From: Verrucomicrobiaceae bacterium | GTDB taxonomy: Bacteria; Verrucomicrobiota; Verrucomicrobiia; Chthoniobacterales; JAATET01 | Direction of reading: 5' to 3' | Assembly (NCBI GenBank): GCA_027488755.1 | Contig: JAIYAZ010000135.1 | Span: 31,382 to 95,381 of the forward strand | Length of the DNA: 64,000 bases | Part shown: positions 35,392 to 44,708 of the stretch, piece by piece | Layout of the letters: every line of letters starts with the position of its first letter | Numbering within the stretch: the first letter of the stretch is position 1 | Translations under genes and position numbers: made by a program | The notes under the pieces: model-generated | Seen by the model: only the letters and a program-made list of their open reading frames with translations | What the model was told of the DNA's origin: nothing | The model's database searches: none

Positions 35392-36723
35392 CTATTTCAT
35401 TCCCGGTAGTCCGGCCCGGCGGGCTTGGGCCATCATTTTTTTCATGTTGCCCGCCTTTTTCATCATCTTCCTCATCTGGTCGAACCGCAGAAGAAGATTG
35501 TTTACCTCGGTGACGCTGGTGCCGCTGCCACGGGCGATCCGCTGGCGTCGGCGCGCATTCAGCATCTCGGGCCGTGCGCGCTCGCCGGGGGTCATGGAGA
35601 GAATGATCGCCTCCACCCGTTTGAGCTGCCCCTCGTCAATCGAGGAATCCTTGAGATTAGCCATCCCGGGCATCATGCCAAGCAGATTTTCCAGGGGGCC
35701 CATGCGTTTGAGCATCTTGAACTGCTGGAGGAAGTCCTCGAGGTCGAATCCGCCGCTCTGCAGTTTTTTCTGCATGCGCACGGCGTCCTCCTCGGAGATG
35801 GCCTCGGCGGCCTTTTCGACGAGACTGACGACGTCGCCCATGCCGAGGATGCGGCCGGCGAGCCGATCGGGGTGAAAGGGTTCGAACTGATCGAGCTTTT
35901 CGCCGACGCCGGCGAATTTGATCGGCCGCTGCGTGACGGCGCGCAGCGAGAGCGCCGCACCGCCGCGGGCGTCGCCGTCGAGCTTGGTGAGGATGATGCC
36001 GGTGAGGCCGAGGGCGGCATGAAAATGCTCCGCGACCGAGACCGCCTGCTGACCGGTGGCAGCGTCGCAGACGAGCAGCACCTCCTGCGGCTGGAGGAAT
36101 TCCTTCAGTCGCTTGAGTTCCTGGACGAGCGGTTCGTCGATTTCCTGGCGGCCGGCGGTGTCGAAGATCTGGACGTTGCCGCCGGTTTCCTCGGCCCACG
36201 TGAGGGCGCGGCGGGCGACGGCGAGGACGTCCTTTTCGGCGGGGTCGGGGGTGAAGACGTTCGCGTTGATCTGCCGGCCAAGGGTGGCGAGCTGCTCGAT
36301 GGCGGCGGGGCGCAGAAGGTCGCAGGCGATGAGGTTGGGCGTGCGGCCCTGGGTCTTCAGCCAGCGGGCGAGTTTGGCGGAGGAGGTCGTCTTGCCGGCG
36401 CCGTTGAGGCCGACGACGAGGATGCGCGCGGGCTTGTCGAGATTGAGCGGCTCGGCGTCGCCGCCGAGGAGGGCGATGAGTTCATCGTGAAAGATTTTCA
36501 CGATCTGCTGCCCGGGCGTGATGCTGCGCAGGACGTCCTCGCCGAGCGATTTTTCCTTCACGCGGGCGATAAAGTCCTTCGCGACCTGGAAGTGGACGTC
36601 AGCGTCGAGCAGGGCGAGGCGGACCTCGCGCATGGCGTCGGTGACGTTGGCCTCGCTGATGCGTCCGTGGCCGCGCAGGTCCTTGAAGACGTCCTGCAGT
36701 TTATCGGAAAGGCGGCTGAACAT
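35392..36723 (-). CDS. ffh: Signal recognition particle protein
   Basis: ALLDADV, GLNGAGKTT, DTAGR, TKLDGDARGGAALS, RILGMGDV, Met-rich M domain. Confidence 0.98.
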   Translation of the reverse strand: MFSRLSDKLQDVFKDLRGHGRISEANVTDAMREVRLALLDADVHFQVAKDFIARVKEKSLGEDVLRSITPGQQIVKIFHDELIALLGGDAEPLNLDKPARILVVGLNGAGKTTSSAKLARWLKTQGRTPNLIACDLLRPAAIEQLATLGRQINANVFTPDPAEKDVLAVARRALTWAEETGGNVQIFDTAGRQEIDEPLVQELKRLKEFLQPQEVLLVCDAATGQQAVSVAEHFHAALGLTGIILTKLDGDARGGAALSLRAVTQRPIKFAGVGEKLDQFEPFHPDRLAGRILGMGDVVSLVEKAAEAISEEDAVRMQKKLQSGGFDLEDFLQQFKMLKRMGPLENLLGMMPGMANLKDSSIDEGQLKRVEAIILSMTPGERARPEMLNARRRQRIARGSGTSVTEVNNLLLRFDQMRKMMKKAGNMKKMMAQARRAGLPGMK

Positions 36724-36728
36724 GCTTG

Positions 36729-36763
36729 GGTCTAAGGTCTAGGGTTTCGGGTCCAAAGTCGAA
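36729..36763. repeat. Degenerate heptamer tandem repeat x5 (GGTCYAA consensus)
   Basis: GGTCTAA GGTCTAG GGTTTCG GGTCCAA AGTCGAA fills the thiS-ffh spacer. Confidence 0.7.
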
Positions 36764-36765
36764 TG

Positions 36766-36966
36766 TTACCCGCCGGCGACGACGCGCAGGAGCTCGATGC
36801 GGTCGCCTTCGGCCAGCGGGCGGGCGGGCCACTCCGAGCGGTGGAGGGCGGTGCCGTTGTGCTCGATGAGGAGGGTGGGGGCGGGCAGCGCGAGCTCGGT
36901 GACCATGTCGGCCACGGTGCGGGCGGTGGGGAGTTCGCGGGTTTCGCCGTTGACGAGGATCTGCAC
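36766..36966 (-). CDS. thiS: Sulfur carrier protein ThiS
   Basis: 66 aa, ILVNGE...LAEGDRIELLRVVAGG with C-terminal GG. Confidence 0.92.
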   Translation of the reverse strand: MQILVNGETRELPTARTVADMVTELALPAPTLLIEHNGTALHRSEWPARPLAEGDRIELLRVVAGG

Positions 36967-36967
36967 G

Positions 36968-37450
36968 TCAGAATCCCTGGGCGCGGGCGAGGCGTTGCAG
37001 CTCGACCTGGAAGGCGAGCACGTCGCGCTCGGCGGGGCGGTAGCCGAGGGTGGTGGGGTCGAGGCCGAGGCGGCCCATTTGGTCGAGATACCACGCGGCG
37101 GTTTCGCCGTCGGAGAACGTGACCCGGCCGCTGATGAGCGCGCTGGGTTTGGTGATCTGGTCGATGGTGACGTTCACCTTCCCGCCGGCGGGAGGAAGGG
37201 GTAGGTCGTCGTCCGCGGGGAGGGGGGCCTCGCCGGGCAGCGGCTCCGGTGCGGCCTCGGCGGCGGGCTCGGGCGCGGGAGGCTCCGGCTCCTTGAGGGA
37301 AAGTTTGAGGTCGTCGACGAGCAGGCGGGTGTCGAGGTAGGTGAGCGTGAGCTGAAAGTCCTCGCGCAGGCGGCGCTGAACGTCGGAGAGGCTCGCGCCG
37401 TCGGCGAGCCATTGGGCGACGGCGGTGGTTTGGGCGTCGGTCAATGTCAT
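36968..37450 (-). CDS. Hypothetical protein
   Basis: Two apparent domains joined by a Pro/Glu linker; stop abuts the thiS start. Confidence 0.75.
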   Translation of the reverse strand: MTLTDAQTTAVAQWLADGASLSDVQRRLREDFQLTLTYLDTRLLVDDLKLSLKEPEPPAPEPAAEAAPEPLPGEAPLPADDDLPLPPAGGKVNVTIDQITKPSALISGRVTFSDGETAAWYLDQMGRLGLDPTTLGYRPAERDVLAFQVELQRLARAQGF

Positions 37451-37564
37451 GGCAGAGGCCAATGGTTACGGATTCCGGCGGGCGGTGTCCCGCAAAAATC
37501 TCCCGCCGCCCGGCGCGCAAAAAGCATTGCCGGCCCCCGCGGGACCCGCTTCACAATTCCCAGT

Positions 37565-38218
37565 GTGAGGCGTTTGCTCCCCCTTCTGCTGCTGATCCTC
37601 GTCGGAGCGCCGCCGTTGCTGCGCGCGGATTTGATGCGTGATCTCTCCGCGGCGGATCAGAAGAAGGTGCTGGCGGGCGGGCAGGTGATGACGACGCAGG
37701 ACGTGCCCGGTTATCCCTGGCCGAAAACGCAGGTGTATCAGCTCGTGCGCGCCACGCCCGCGCAGGTGATGGCTGTCTTCTTCGATTACGACAACGCCCG
37801 CCGCTACATCCCGAACTGCCTCGAGTCGAAGATCACGCGGCGCCTCTCGCTCCGCTCCGTCGAGGTGAGTTACCTCATCGCGGTGCCGATTCTGGCTGAC
37901 GAGGCCTACACCGCGCTCAACACGCTCTCCACCGGACCGAATGGTTCGCTGCGGGTCGACTGGAAGCTGCTGAAGGCCACGAGCATCCTCGAAAGCCATG
38001 GCAGCCTCGTGGTCGAGCCGCACGGCCAGGGCGCGATCCTCCGTTATTCCAACCTGGTGAAACCCTCCTCCGCCGCGGCGGGCCTGCTGCGGGGCGTCGC
38101 GCTGGGGCAGATGCGCGAGACGGTGCAGGCAATCGTGAATCAGGCCGAGAAACTGTGCCCCGCCGCCGGGTCACCCGACATGAAACGACTGGATGCCGCC
38201 CTTGAAGACCGAAGCTGA
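37565..38218 (+). CDS. Exported SRPBCC/START-like (polyketide cyclase fold) protein
   Basis: Signal peptide; VRATPAQVMAVFFDYDNARRYIPNCLES pattern; GTG start. Confidence 0.65.
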   Translation: MRRLLPLLLLILVGAPPLLRADLMRDLSAADQKKVLAGGQVMTTQDVPGYPWPKTQVYQLVRATPAQVMAVFFDYDNARRYIPNCLESKITRRLSLRSVEVSYLIAVPILADEAYTALNTLSTGPNGSLRVDWKLLKATSILESHGSLVVEPHGQGAILRYSNLVKPSSAAAGLLRGVALGQMRETVQAIVNQAEKLCPAAGSPDMKRLDAALEDRS

Positions 38219-39107
38219 ACGTTGGTGGGGCCGGGCGTTCGCCGCGGCGTTGGTTGTCGGCCTGGCGGCGTCGGCGTTCGCGCAGGCGGTGCCGGTGCGT
38301 ATCGTGGCGGCGAACCTTACCTCCGGAAACCACCAGACCTACTCGCCGGACAACGGCAACCATTCCAACCCCGAGGGCGCCGGCGCACGCATTCTCCGCG
38401 GACTGCGGCCCGATGTCGTGCTGCTGCAGGAGTTCAATACCACGGTGCCCATGCGCCAGTGGGTGAACGCGACGTTCGGGCCGGAGTTTTCCTTTTTCGT
38501 AGAATCCGGCGCGGGCATTCCGAATGGCATCGTGAGCCGCTGGCCGATCGTGGAAAGCGGGGAGTGGGACGACGTGGCGATGGACAACCGGGACTTTGCG
38601 TGGGCGAAGATCGCGCTGCCCGGCGGAAGGAAGCTGTGGGCCATCAGCGTGCACTGGTATTCCAAAAAGGCGGCCGTGCGGGCGGAGCAGGCGCGGGCCG
38701 TGGCGGCGCTCGTGCGGGAGCGCATTCCGGCGGAGGATCTCGTCGTGCTGGGCGGGGACTTCAACACCCGCGGAAGCGACGAGGCGGCCTTCGCGGAAGT
38801 GGCTCCGCTTTTTGACGTGCACGCGGAGCCGCCCGCGGATGCCCATGGCAACGTGAACACCAACTCGCCGCGTAACCGGCCCTACGATTGGGTGCTGGCC
38901 GACGCGGAGCTTGCGGCCTGCGCGGTGCCGACGCGAATCGGCGCGGCGTCCTTTGCCCACGGGCTGGTGTTCGACAGTCGGGTCTTTACGTCCCTGGCGG
39001 ACGTGCCGCCCGTGCAGCGCGGGGACAGCGCCGCGCCGCAGATGCAGCACATGGCGGTGGTGCGGGATTTTGCCGTGCCCGCGCCTTCGCCCGCGACGGC
39101 CCGCTGA
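38193..39107 (+). CDS. Exported endonuclease/exonuclease/phosphatase (EEP) family protein
   Basis: AANL, PDVVLLQE, NGIVSRWPI, SVHW, LGGDFN, YDWVL, HMAV. Confidence 0.85.
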   Translation: MPPLKTEAERWWGRAFAAALVVGLAASAFAQAVPVRIVAANLTSGNHQTYSPDNGNHSNPEGAGARILRGLRPDVVLLQEFNTTVPMRQWVNATFGPEFSFFVESGAGIPNGIVSRWPIVESGEWDDVAMDNRDFAWAKIALPGGRKLWAISVHWYSKKAAVRAEQARAVAALVRERIPAEDLVVLGGDFNTRGSDEAAFAEVAPLFDVHAEPPADAHGNVNTNSPRNRPYDWVLADAELAACAVPTRIGAASFAHGLVFDSRVFTSLADVPPVQRGDSAAPQMQHMAVVRDFAVPAPSPATAR

Positions 39108-39111
39108 GTTG

Positions 39112-39927
39112 TCAGCGAGGGCGTGAAGGCGTCGCGGGGTGAAGCGTGAGGGCGGACATGCCGTAGAGCCCGGTTTCCGGGCCGCGGAAGCCGAAGCGTT
39201 CGTAGAACGAGCCGCGGGCGTGGCCGGTGTAAAGGCCCACGAGGGCCTTGGGCGGGGCGGCGCGGTGGAGGTAGGCGATGACCTCGTTCATGAGCGCGGT
39301 GCCGATGCCGCGGCCTTGATGGTCGGGATGCACGGCGACGTCCATGATGTAAAAGAACTGCTGGCCGTCGCCGATGACCCGGGCCATGCCCACGCAGGCT
39401 CCGGCGGCATCAAGCGCGACGACGCCGTAGAGGGATTGCGGGAGCGAGGCGGCGGCGGCCTCGAAGTTCGTGAAGGCCGTCCAGTCCACGGCGGTGGCGA
39501 GTTCGCGATGCTCGGCGGCGGTGGGCGTCCGTGGTTCGAGGCGAAGGCCGGCGAGGGGTTCGCGGTCCGGGAGCGTAAACGCCCGCGACGGCTGGGAAAT
39601 CCGCAGGCGGTGTCCGTTCAAATCCTGCGCGGTGAATTCGCGGATGCCCCACGGCATGTTTTCCGGCGGGGCGAGGATCAGCGCGCCGCGGGCGAGCCAG
39701 TCGGCGTGCAGGGCGTCCACGTCGCCGACGTGGAGGACGAGCGTGACGGGGGCGGTGGGCGCCGCGGTGGCGCAGAGGTAGAGGATCGCTTCGTCCCGGG
39801 ACACGGATCCGTATTCGTTTTGTCCCCACGTCCAATCGATCGTGAATCCGAGCACGTCGTGATAATGGCGCTGCGCCGCCTCGACGTTTGCGACCGGGAG
39901 TTGCGCAATCGGGCGGGAGAATTTCAC
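39112..39927 (-). CDS. VOC (glyoxalase/bleomycin-resistance) + GNAT acetyltransferase fusion
   Basis: PWGIREFTAQDLNGHRL (VOC); DVAVHPDHQGRGIGTALM and FYERFGF (GNAT). Confidence 0.85.
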   Translation of the reverse strand: MKFSRPIAQLPVANVEAAQRHYHDVLGFTIDWTWGQNEYGSVSRDEAILYLCATAAPTAPVTLVLHVGDVDALHADWLARGALILAPPENMPWGIREFTAQDLNGHRLRISQPSRAFTLPDREPLAGLRLEPRTPTAAEHRELATAVDWTAFTNFEAAAASLPQSLYGVVALDAAGACVGMARVIGDGQQFFYIMDVAVHPDHQGRGIGTALMNEVIAYLHRAAPPKALVGLYTGHARGSFYERFGFRGPETGLYGMSALTLHPATPSRPR

Positions 39928-39938
39928 GGGCCGAGCGC

Positions 39939-40286
39939 CTAGTGGCGTCGTTGGGTCATCATGAACTCGTTCCCCTCGGGATCGATGGCCATGGCGAGGT
40001 GCAGGGGATCCTCGGGCGTGTCGTTCGGCTCGCTGGCGAGCTGACCGCCGCAGGCGAGCAGGCGGACAATGCCTTCGCGAAGATCATCGACCTGGAAGGT
40101 GAGGCCCGTCCAGGTGCGTTTGCCTTCGCCGCCGCCGTGGATGCCGATCGTCGCGCCGGCGATTTGAACCTCACTCCAGACCTCGGAGCGCATCGTGACT
40201 GTGCCGCCGAAGAGATCGGCGTAGAAACGCACGCAACGTTCCCAGTCCGCGGCCCAGAGGGCGTATTTGACCTTGGTGACCTGCAT
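39939..40286 (-). CDS. VOC family protein
   Basis: RFYADLFG, GLTFQVDDL, DPEGNEF; ATG overlaps the gatA stop (TAATG). Confidence 0.85.
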   Translation of the reverse strand: MQVTKVKYALWAADWERCVRFYADLFGGTVTMRSEVWSEVQIAGATIGIHGGGEGKRTWTGLTFQVDDLREGIVRLLACGGQLASEPNDTPEDPLHLAMAIDPEGNEFMMTQRRH

Positions 40287-41734
40287 TACAGCGCGGGTGC
40301 GGCGAGGTGCCAGTCGGTGGATTGTTCGTAGGCGTGGGCGATCTGGAGGAGGCGGGCCTCGTCGAACGGTTGGCCGAGGAACTGGAGCCCGACGGGGAGC
40401 TTTTTCCCGTCGGCCTCGCCGAAGCCGCAGGGGACGCTGAGGCCGCAGATGCCGGCGAGGTTGGCGGCGATGGTGAAGATGTCGGCGAGATACATGCGGA
40501 GCGGGTCGTCGGTGCGTTCGCCGAGCTTGAAGGCGAGGTCGGGCGAGGTGGGGCAAACGAGGGCGTCGCACTGCGCGAAGGCGTTGGTGAAATCCTGCCG
40601 GATGAGGGTGCGGACCTTTTGGGCGCGGAGGTAGTAGGCGTCGTAGTAGCCGCTGGAGAGGACGTAGGTGCCGAGGATGATGCGGCGTTTGACCTCGCTG
40701 CCGAAGCCTTCCTCGCGGGTGCGCTTGTAGTGGTCGAGGAGGTCCTTCGGCGCGTCGGCGCGGTGGCCGTAGCGCACGCCGTCGAAGCGGGCGAGGTTTG
40801 CGGAGGCTTCGGCGGTGGCGATGATGTAATAGACGCCGACGGCGAACTCGGTGTGCGGCAGCGAGACCTCGACGAGTTCGGCGCCGAGGGATTCGCATTG
40901 CTTGATGGCGGTTTCGACGGCGGTGCGGACCTGGGGGTCCATGCCGTCGACGAAGTATTCCTTCGGGATGCCGAGGCGCACCCCCTTGAGGTCGCGGCCG
41001 AGGAGGGCGGTCGCGTCGTTCACGGGCTGGTCGAGCGAGGTGGAGTCGCGCGGGTCGCGGCCGGCGATGGCGTTGAGCATGAGGCCGGCGTCGCGCGTGG
41101 TGCGGGTGAAGGGGCCGATCTGGTCGAGCGAGGAGGCGAAGGCGATGAGGCCGTAGCGGGAGACGCGGCCGTAGGTGGGCTTGAGGCCGACGCAGCCGCA
41201 GAGGGCGGCGGGCTGGCGGATGGAGCCGCCGGTGTCGGAGCCGAGGGTGGCGAAGGCTTCGCGGGCGGCGACGGCGGCGGCGCTGCCACCGGAGGAACCG
41301 CCGGGGATGCGGGTGAGGTCCCAAGGGTTGCGGGTGGGCTGGTAGGCGGAGTTCTCCGTGGAAGAGCCCATGGCGAACTCGTCGAGGTTCAGCCGGCCGA
41401 AGGGGACGGCGCCGGCGGCGCGGAGCTTCGCGATGACGGTGGCGTCGTAGGGGGCGCGGTAGGGGGCGAGGATTTTCGACGCGGCGGTGCAGGGCTGGCC
41501 GGTGACGTTGATGACGTCCTTGATGCCGATGGGCACGCCGCCGAGGGGCAGGGAGACGTCGGCCTGGGCGGCCTCGGCGCGGGCGGTTTCGAGGTCGCGG
41601 GAGAGGTAGGCCTGGACCTGGGGATCGACGGCGGCGATGCGAGCCTCGAGGGCGTCGAGGGCGTCGAGCGGGGTGAGTTCACGGGCCCGGAGCTTGGCCT
41701 GAAGCTCGGCGACGGAGAGGTCGGGAAGGGACAT
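40286..41734 (-). CDS. gatA: Asp-tRNA(Asn)/Glu-tRNA(Gln) amidotransferase subunit A
   Basis: IKD, DEFAMGSSTENS, PGGSSGGSAAAV, GSDTGGSIRQPA, EVKRRIILGTYVLSSGYYDAYY. Confidence 0.98.
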   Translation of the reverse strand: MSLPDLSVAELQAKLRARELTPLDALDALEARIAAVDPQVQAYLSRDLETARAEAAQADVSLPLGGVPIGIKDVINVTGQPCTAASKILAPYRAPYDATVIAKLRAAGAVPFGRLNLDEFAMGSSTENSAYQPTRNPWDLTRIPGGSSGGSAAAVAAREAFATLGSDTGGSIRQPAALCGCVGLKPTYGRVSRYGLIAFASSLDQIGPFTRTTRDAGLMLNAIAGRDPRDSTSLDQPVNDATALLGRDLKGVRLGIPKEYFVDGMDPQVRTAVETAIKQCESLGAELVEVSLPHTEFAVGVYYIIATAEASANLARFDGVRYGHRADAPKDLLDHYKRTREEGFGSEVKRRIILGTYVLSSGYYDAYYLRAQKVRTLIRQDFTNAFAQCDALVCPTSPDLAFKLGERTDDPLRMYLADIFTIAANLAGICGLSVPCGFGEADGKKLPVGLQFLGQPFDEARLLQIAHAYEQSTDWHLAAPAL

Positions 41735-41738
41735 TTCT

Positions 41739-41778
41739 TGAAATGCGGAAATTCTGAAAGGCGGAAAGGCTGAAAGCA
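41739..41778. repeat. Octamer tandem repeat x5 (KGAAAKGC consensus)
   Basis: TGAAATGC GGAAATTC TGAAAGGC GGAAAGGC TGAAAGCA fills the gatC-gatA spacer. Confidence 0.8.
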
Positions 41779-41779
41779 G

Positions 41780-42067
41780 TTATTCGACGACTTTGGTGAC
41801 GGTGATGAGGCCGTTGGCCTGGCGTGGGGCGTTGGCGAGGGCGGCGGATTTTTCCAGGCTGGGGAGGGGTTCGTCGGCGCGGAAGACGTTGTAGACGGCG
41901 TTGGCGTGCGCGGTGGGTTCGACGGCGGAGACATCGACCTGTTTGAGCTGCTCGACGTATTCCAGCACGCGGCCGAGCTGGGATTGGAACTGGGTGATCT
42001 CCGCGTCGCTCAGGTCGATGCGGGCGAGGTGGGCGACGTAGCGGACGTCGAGTTCGGGGCTGCTCAT
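41780..42067 (-). CDS. gatC: Amidotransferase subunit C
   Basis: VRYVAHLARI, VEPTAH, FRADE, ALANAP; upstream of gatA. Confidence 0.96.
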   Translation of the reverse strand: MSSPELDVRYVAHLARIDLSDAEITQFQSQLGRVLEYVEQLKQVDVSAVEPTAHANAVYNVFRADEPLPSLEKSAALANAPRQANGLITVTKVVE

Positions 42068-42113
42068 GGGGCGAAGTTAGTGGAAGGGTGCGCGGAAGAG
42101 AAAGCGCAAGATT

Positions 42114-43247
42114 TCACGCGCCGAAGAGGGCGCGGTGCTGCTCGAGGCAATAGCGGTCGGTCATGCCGGAGAGGTAGTCGGCGACGGTGCGGGGGAGGCC
42201 TTCGCGTTTGATGCGGCGGGCGGCCTTGGTGCCGATGAGGGAGGGTTTTTCCACGTAGCGGTGGAAGAGGGATTCGAGCAGGGCGCAGCCGCGCTGGTTG
42301 GCCTCGGCGACCTCGGGGTTGTAGTAAAGATTGCGGTAGAGGAATTTCCGGAGGGCGGCGTTGCCGCGGCGGGTTTCCGGGCTGAAGCCGATGAGGCGGC
42401 GCTTGTTTTTGCGGACGTCGGCGGGGGTTTTGACGCGGGCGTCGCGGATGGCGCGGGCGCTGGTGATGACGAGGTCCTCGACCTGGCGGTTGACGATGCA
42501 GCGGATGATGTAGCCGCGGCGTTCGGTGGGGTCGAGCCGGCGGAACTCGCGTTCCGCGAACATGCGGGCTTCGGCCCAGAGGGGGAGTTCGTCGAGGGCG
42601 GCGGGATCGAGGAGGCCGGAGTCGAGGCCGTCGTCGAGGTCGTGGCTGGAGTAGGTGATCTCGTCGGCGAAGTCGGCGACCTGCGCTTCGAGGGAGGGGG
42701 AGTGGTAGGTGCCGCCGTCGGGGGCGGTGTAGCTGACGTTGTGTTTCTGGAGGCCCTCGATGACTTCGTGCGTGAGGTTGAGGCCGGGGTGGCGGGGGTA
42801 TTTGGATTCGAGGAGCGTGACGACGCGGAGGCTCTGGTCGTTGTGGTCGAAGCCGCCGTGGGCCTTCATGAGGCGGTCGAGCGCGGCCTCACCGCTGTGG
42901 CCGAAGGGGGAGTGGCCGAGGTCGTGCGCGAGGGCGATGGCCTCGGTGAGGTCCTCGTTGAGGGCGAGGGCGCGGGCGATGGTGCGGGCGATGGATGCGA
43001 CCTCGATGGTGTGGGTGAGGCGGGTGCGGTAGTGGTCGCCGGTGCCGTTGAGGAAGACCTGGGTTTTGCCGTCGAGGCGGCGGAAGGCGGCGCTGTGGAT
43101 GATGCGGGCCCGGTCGCGCTGGAAGCAGGTGCGGTAGGGGTGCTGGGTTTCGCGGTGGATGCGGCCGAGGGATTCCGCCGCCTTGCAGGCGTAGGGGGCG
43201 AGCGTAGTGAGCTCGTCGGCTTCGATGCGTTCGCGGGATTTAAACAT
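42114..43247 (-). CDS. dgt: Deoxyguanosinetriphosphate triphosphohydrolase (HD family)
   Basis: FQRDRARIIHSAAFRRL..KTQVF, RTRLTHTIEV, HDLGHSPFGHSGE, ADYLSGMTD. Confidence 0.95.
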   Translation of the reverse strand: MFKSRERIEADELTTLAPYACKAAESLGRIHRETQHPYRTCFQRDRARIIHSAAFRRLDGKTQVFLNGTGDHYRTRLTHTIEVASIARTIARALALNEDLTEAIALAHDLGHSPFGHSGEAALDRLMKAHGGFDHNDQSLRVVTLLESKYPRHPGLNLTHEVIEGLQKHNVSYTAPDGGTYHSPSLEAQVADFADEITYSSHDLDDGLDSGLLDPAALDELPLWAEARMFAEREFRRLDPTERRGYIIRCIVNRQVEDLVITSARAIRDARVKTPADVRKNKRRLIGFSPETRRGNAALRKFLYRNLYYNPEVAEANQRGCALLESLFHRYVEKPSLIGTKAARRIKREGLPRTVADYLSGMTDRYCLEQHRALFGA

Positions 43248-43551
43248 GGGGATCGTCGGTTCCGAAGATTTCGCGGCGGGCGGCGCGGCGTTCCTCGCGG
43301 CCGCGGCGGATGACCATCAGCAGATCGTAGGCGGCGAGGAGGGCAACGCAAACCGTGAGTGCGCCGCAGGCGAGCCAGTAGAGCGCGAAGAAAAGCGGGT
43401 GGGTGGCGAAGGTGTCCCACAGCGCGAAGACGCCGAGGGCGAAGAGCGCGAGGACGAGTAGCAGGAGGGCGGAGATGACCTGGCGGCGGGCGGTGAGGTC
43501 GCGGGCGATGCCGGCGGCGAGGGCGAGAACGAGGCCGGCGAAGCGTTTCAC
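43240..43551 (-). CDS. Small membrane protein
   Basis: Two to three hydrophobic helices; overlaps both neighbours (GTGA, and 8 nt with dgt). Confidence 0.7.
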   Translation of the reverse strand: MKRFAGLVLALAAGIARDLTARRQVISALLLLVLALFALGVFALWDTFATHPLFFALYWLACGALTVCVALLAAYDLLMVIRRGREERRAARREIFGTDDPHV

Positions 43552-44642
43552 GCGATGCGCTGGGTGGTGGCGGGGTCGAAGAGGTGGACGCGCGCGGGAT
43601 CGAGCCGGAAGCGGCCTCGGCGGCCGGCTTCGCGGGGGTCGACGAGGTGTGGGGAGCGGCTGATGAGGGCGTGCGCGCCGGTCTGGGCGTGGAAGAAGGC
43701 GGTGCCTTCGCGGATTTCCACGAAGTCGACGAGGGCCTGGAAGAGGCCCGGGGCGTTGGGGGCCTCGGCGGGCACGGGCGGGCAGTCCTCGGGGCGGACG
43801 CCGAGGAGGATGTCGCGGCCGACGTAGGCGCGGGCGGCGGGGTGTTCGTCGAGGCGGAGTTCGACCACGCCGCCGTCGCTTTCCTTGAAGGTGAGCTGGC
43901 CGTCGGTGGACTTGAGGGCGCCGCGGAGGAAGTTCATGCCGGGGCGGCCGAGGCTGGCGGCGGCGCAGACGTTGACGGGTTCGCGGTGGATGGCGAGGGG
44001 TGCGCCCTGCTGGACGATGGCGCCGTGGCGGAGCAGGACGAGGTGGCTGGCGAGGGTGAGGGCTTCGCCGGGGTCCTCGGTCGTGGCGACGATGGTGGCG
44101 CGGAGCTGGTGGTGGAGGCGGGCGAGGTCGGCGCGGAGGTGGGCGCGGGCGGAGTCCTCCAGGCCGGCGAGGGGATGGTCGAGCAGGATGACCTTGGGCT
44201 GGGGGGCGAGGGCGCGGGCGATTTCGGCGCGGCGGAGGTCGGCCGGGCTGAGCGCGGCGGGGCGGTGTTCCAGGAGGGGTTCGAGGCCGAGGAGGGCGGC
44301 GGTTTCGCGCACGCGGCGGGCGGCGAGGTCGGTGGTGAGGCGCTGCGGGCGCAGGGCGGCGAGGAGGTTTTCGGCGACGGTGCGGTGGGGGAGAAGCGGG
44401 GCGGAGGGGGTGGCGAGGGTGACGTCGCGGCGGCCGGCCGGGAGGGGATTGACGACGCGGTCGGCGACGCGGATCTCACCGCTGGTGGGGCGTTCCAGCC
44501 CGGCGGCAAGGCGCAGGAGGGCGGAGCCGCCGGCGTCGGCGGGGCCGAGCAGGATGGTGTAACCGCGGTCGGGGCATTCCAACGAAAGGTCGCGCAGGCC
44601 GGCCGCCGGGGCGGCGAGGTTTTGGAAGGCGAGGGAGGCCAT
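43548..44642 (-). CDS. MalK/UgpC-like ABC ATP-binding subunit with degenerate ATPase motifs
   Basis: LRLAAGLERPTSGEI, PHRTVAENL, G.PGMNFL, LGVRPED, HLFD; Walker A GPADAGGS, Walker B ILLDHP. Confidence 0.85.
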   Translation of the reverse strand: MASLAFQNLAAPAAGLRDLSLECPDRGYTILLGPADAGGSALLRLAAGLERPTSGEIRVADRVVNPLPAGRRDVTLATPSAPLLPHRTVAENLLAALRPQRLTTDLAARRVRETAALLGLEPLLEHRPAALSPADLRRAEIARALAPQPKVILLDHPLAGLEDSARAHLRADLARLHHQLRATIVATTEDPGEALTLASHLVLLRHGAIVQQGAPLAIHREPVNVCAAASLGRPGMNFLRGALKSTDGQLTFKESDGGVVELRLDEHPAARAYVGRDILLGVRPEDCPPVPAEAPNAPGLFQALVDFVEIREGTAFFHAQTGAHALISRSPHLVDPREAGRRGRFRLDPARVHLFDPATTQRIA

Positions 44643-44708
44643 GGAAAGGCGGGCAGTTTAGGCGCTCCGGCGCAAGGTCCAAGGCCGAAAGCGGGCCGGG
44701 GGGGCGGT

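Noticed and set aside
37451-37564. TPP riboswitch upstream of the thiS unit, or an SRP RNA gene near ffh
   Set aside because: No CTGAGA/ACCTG TPP core and no SRP domain IV motif found in the adjacent spacers.
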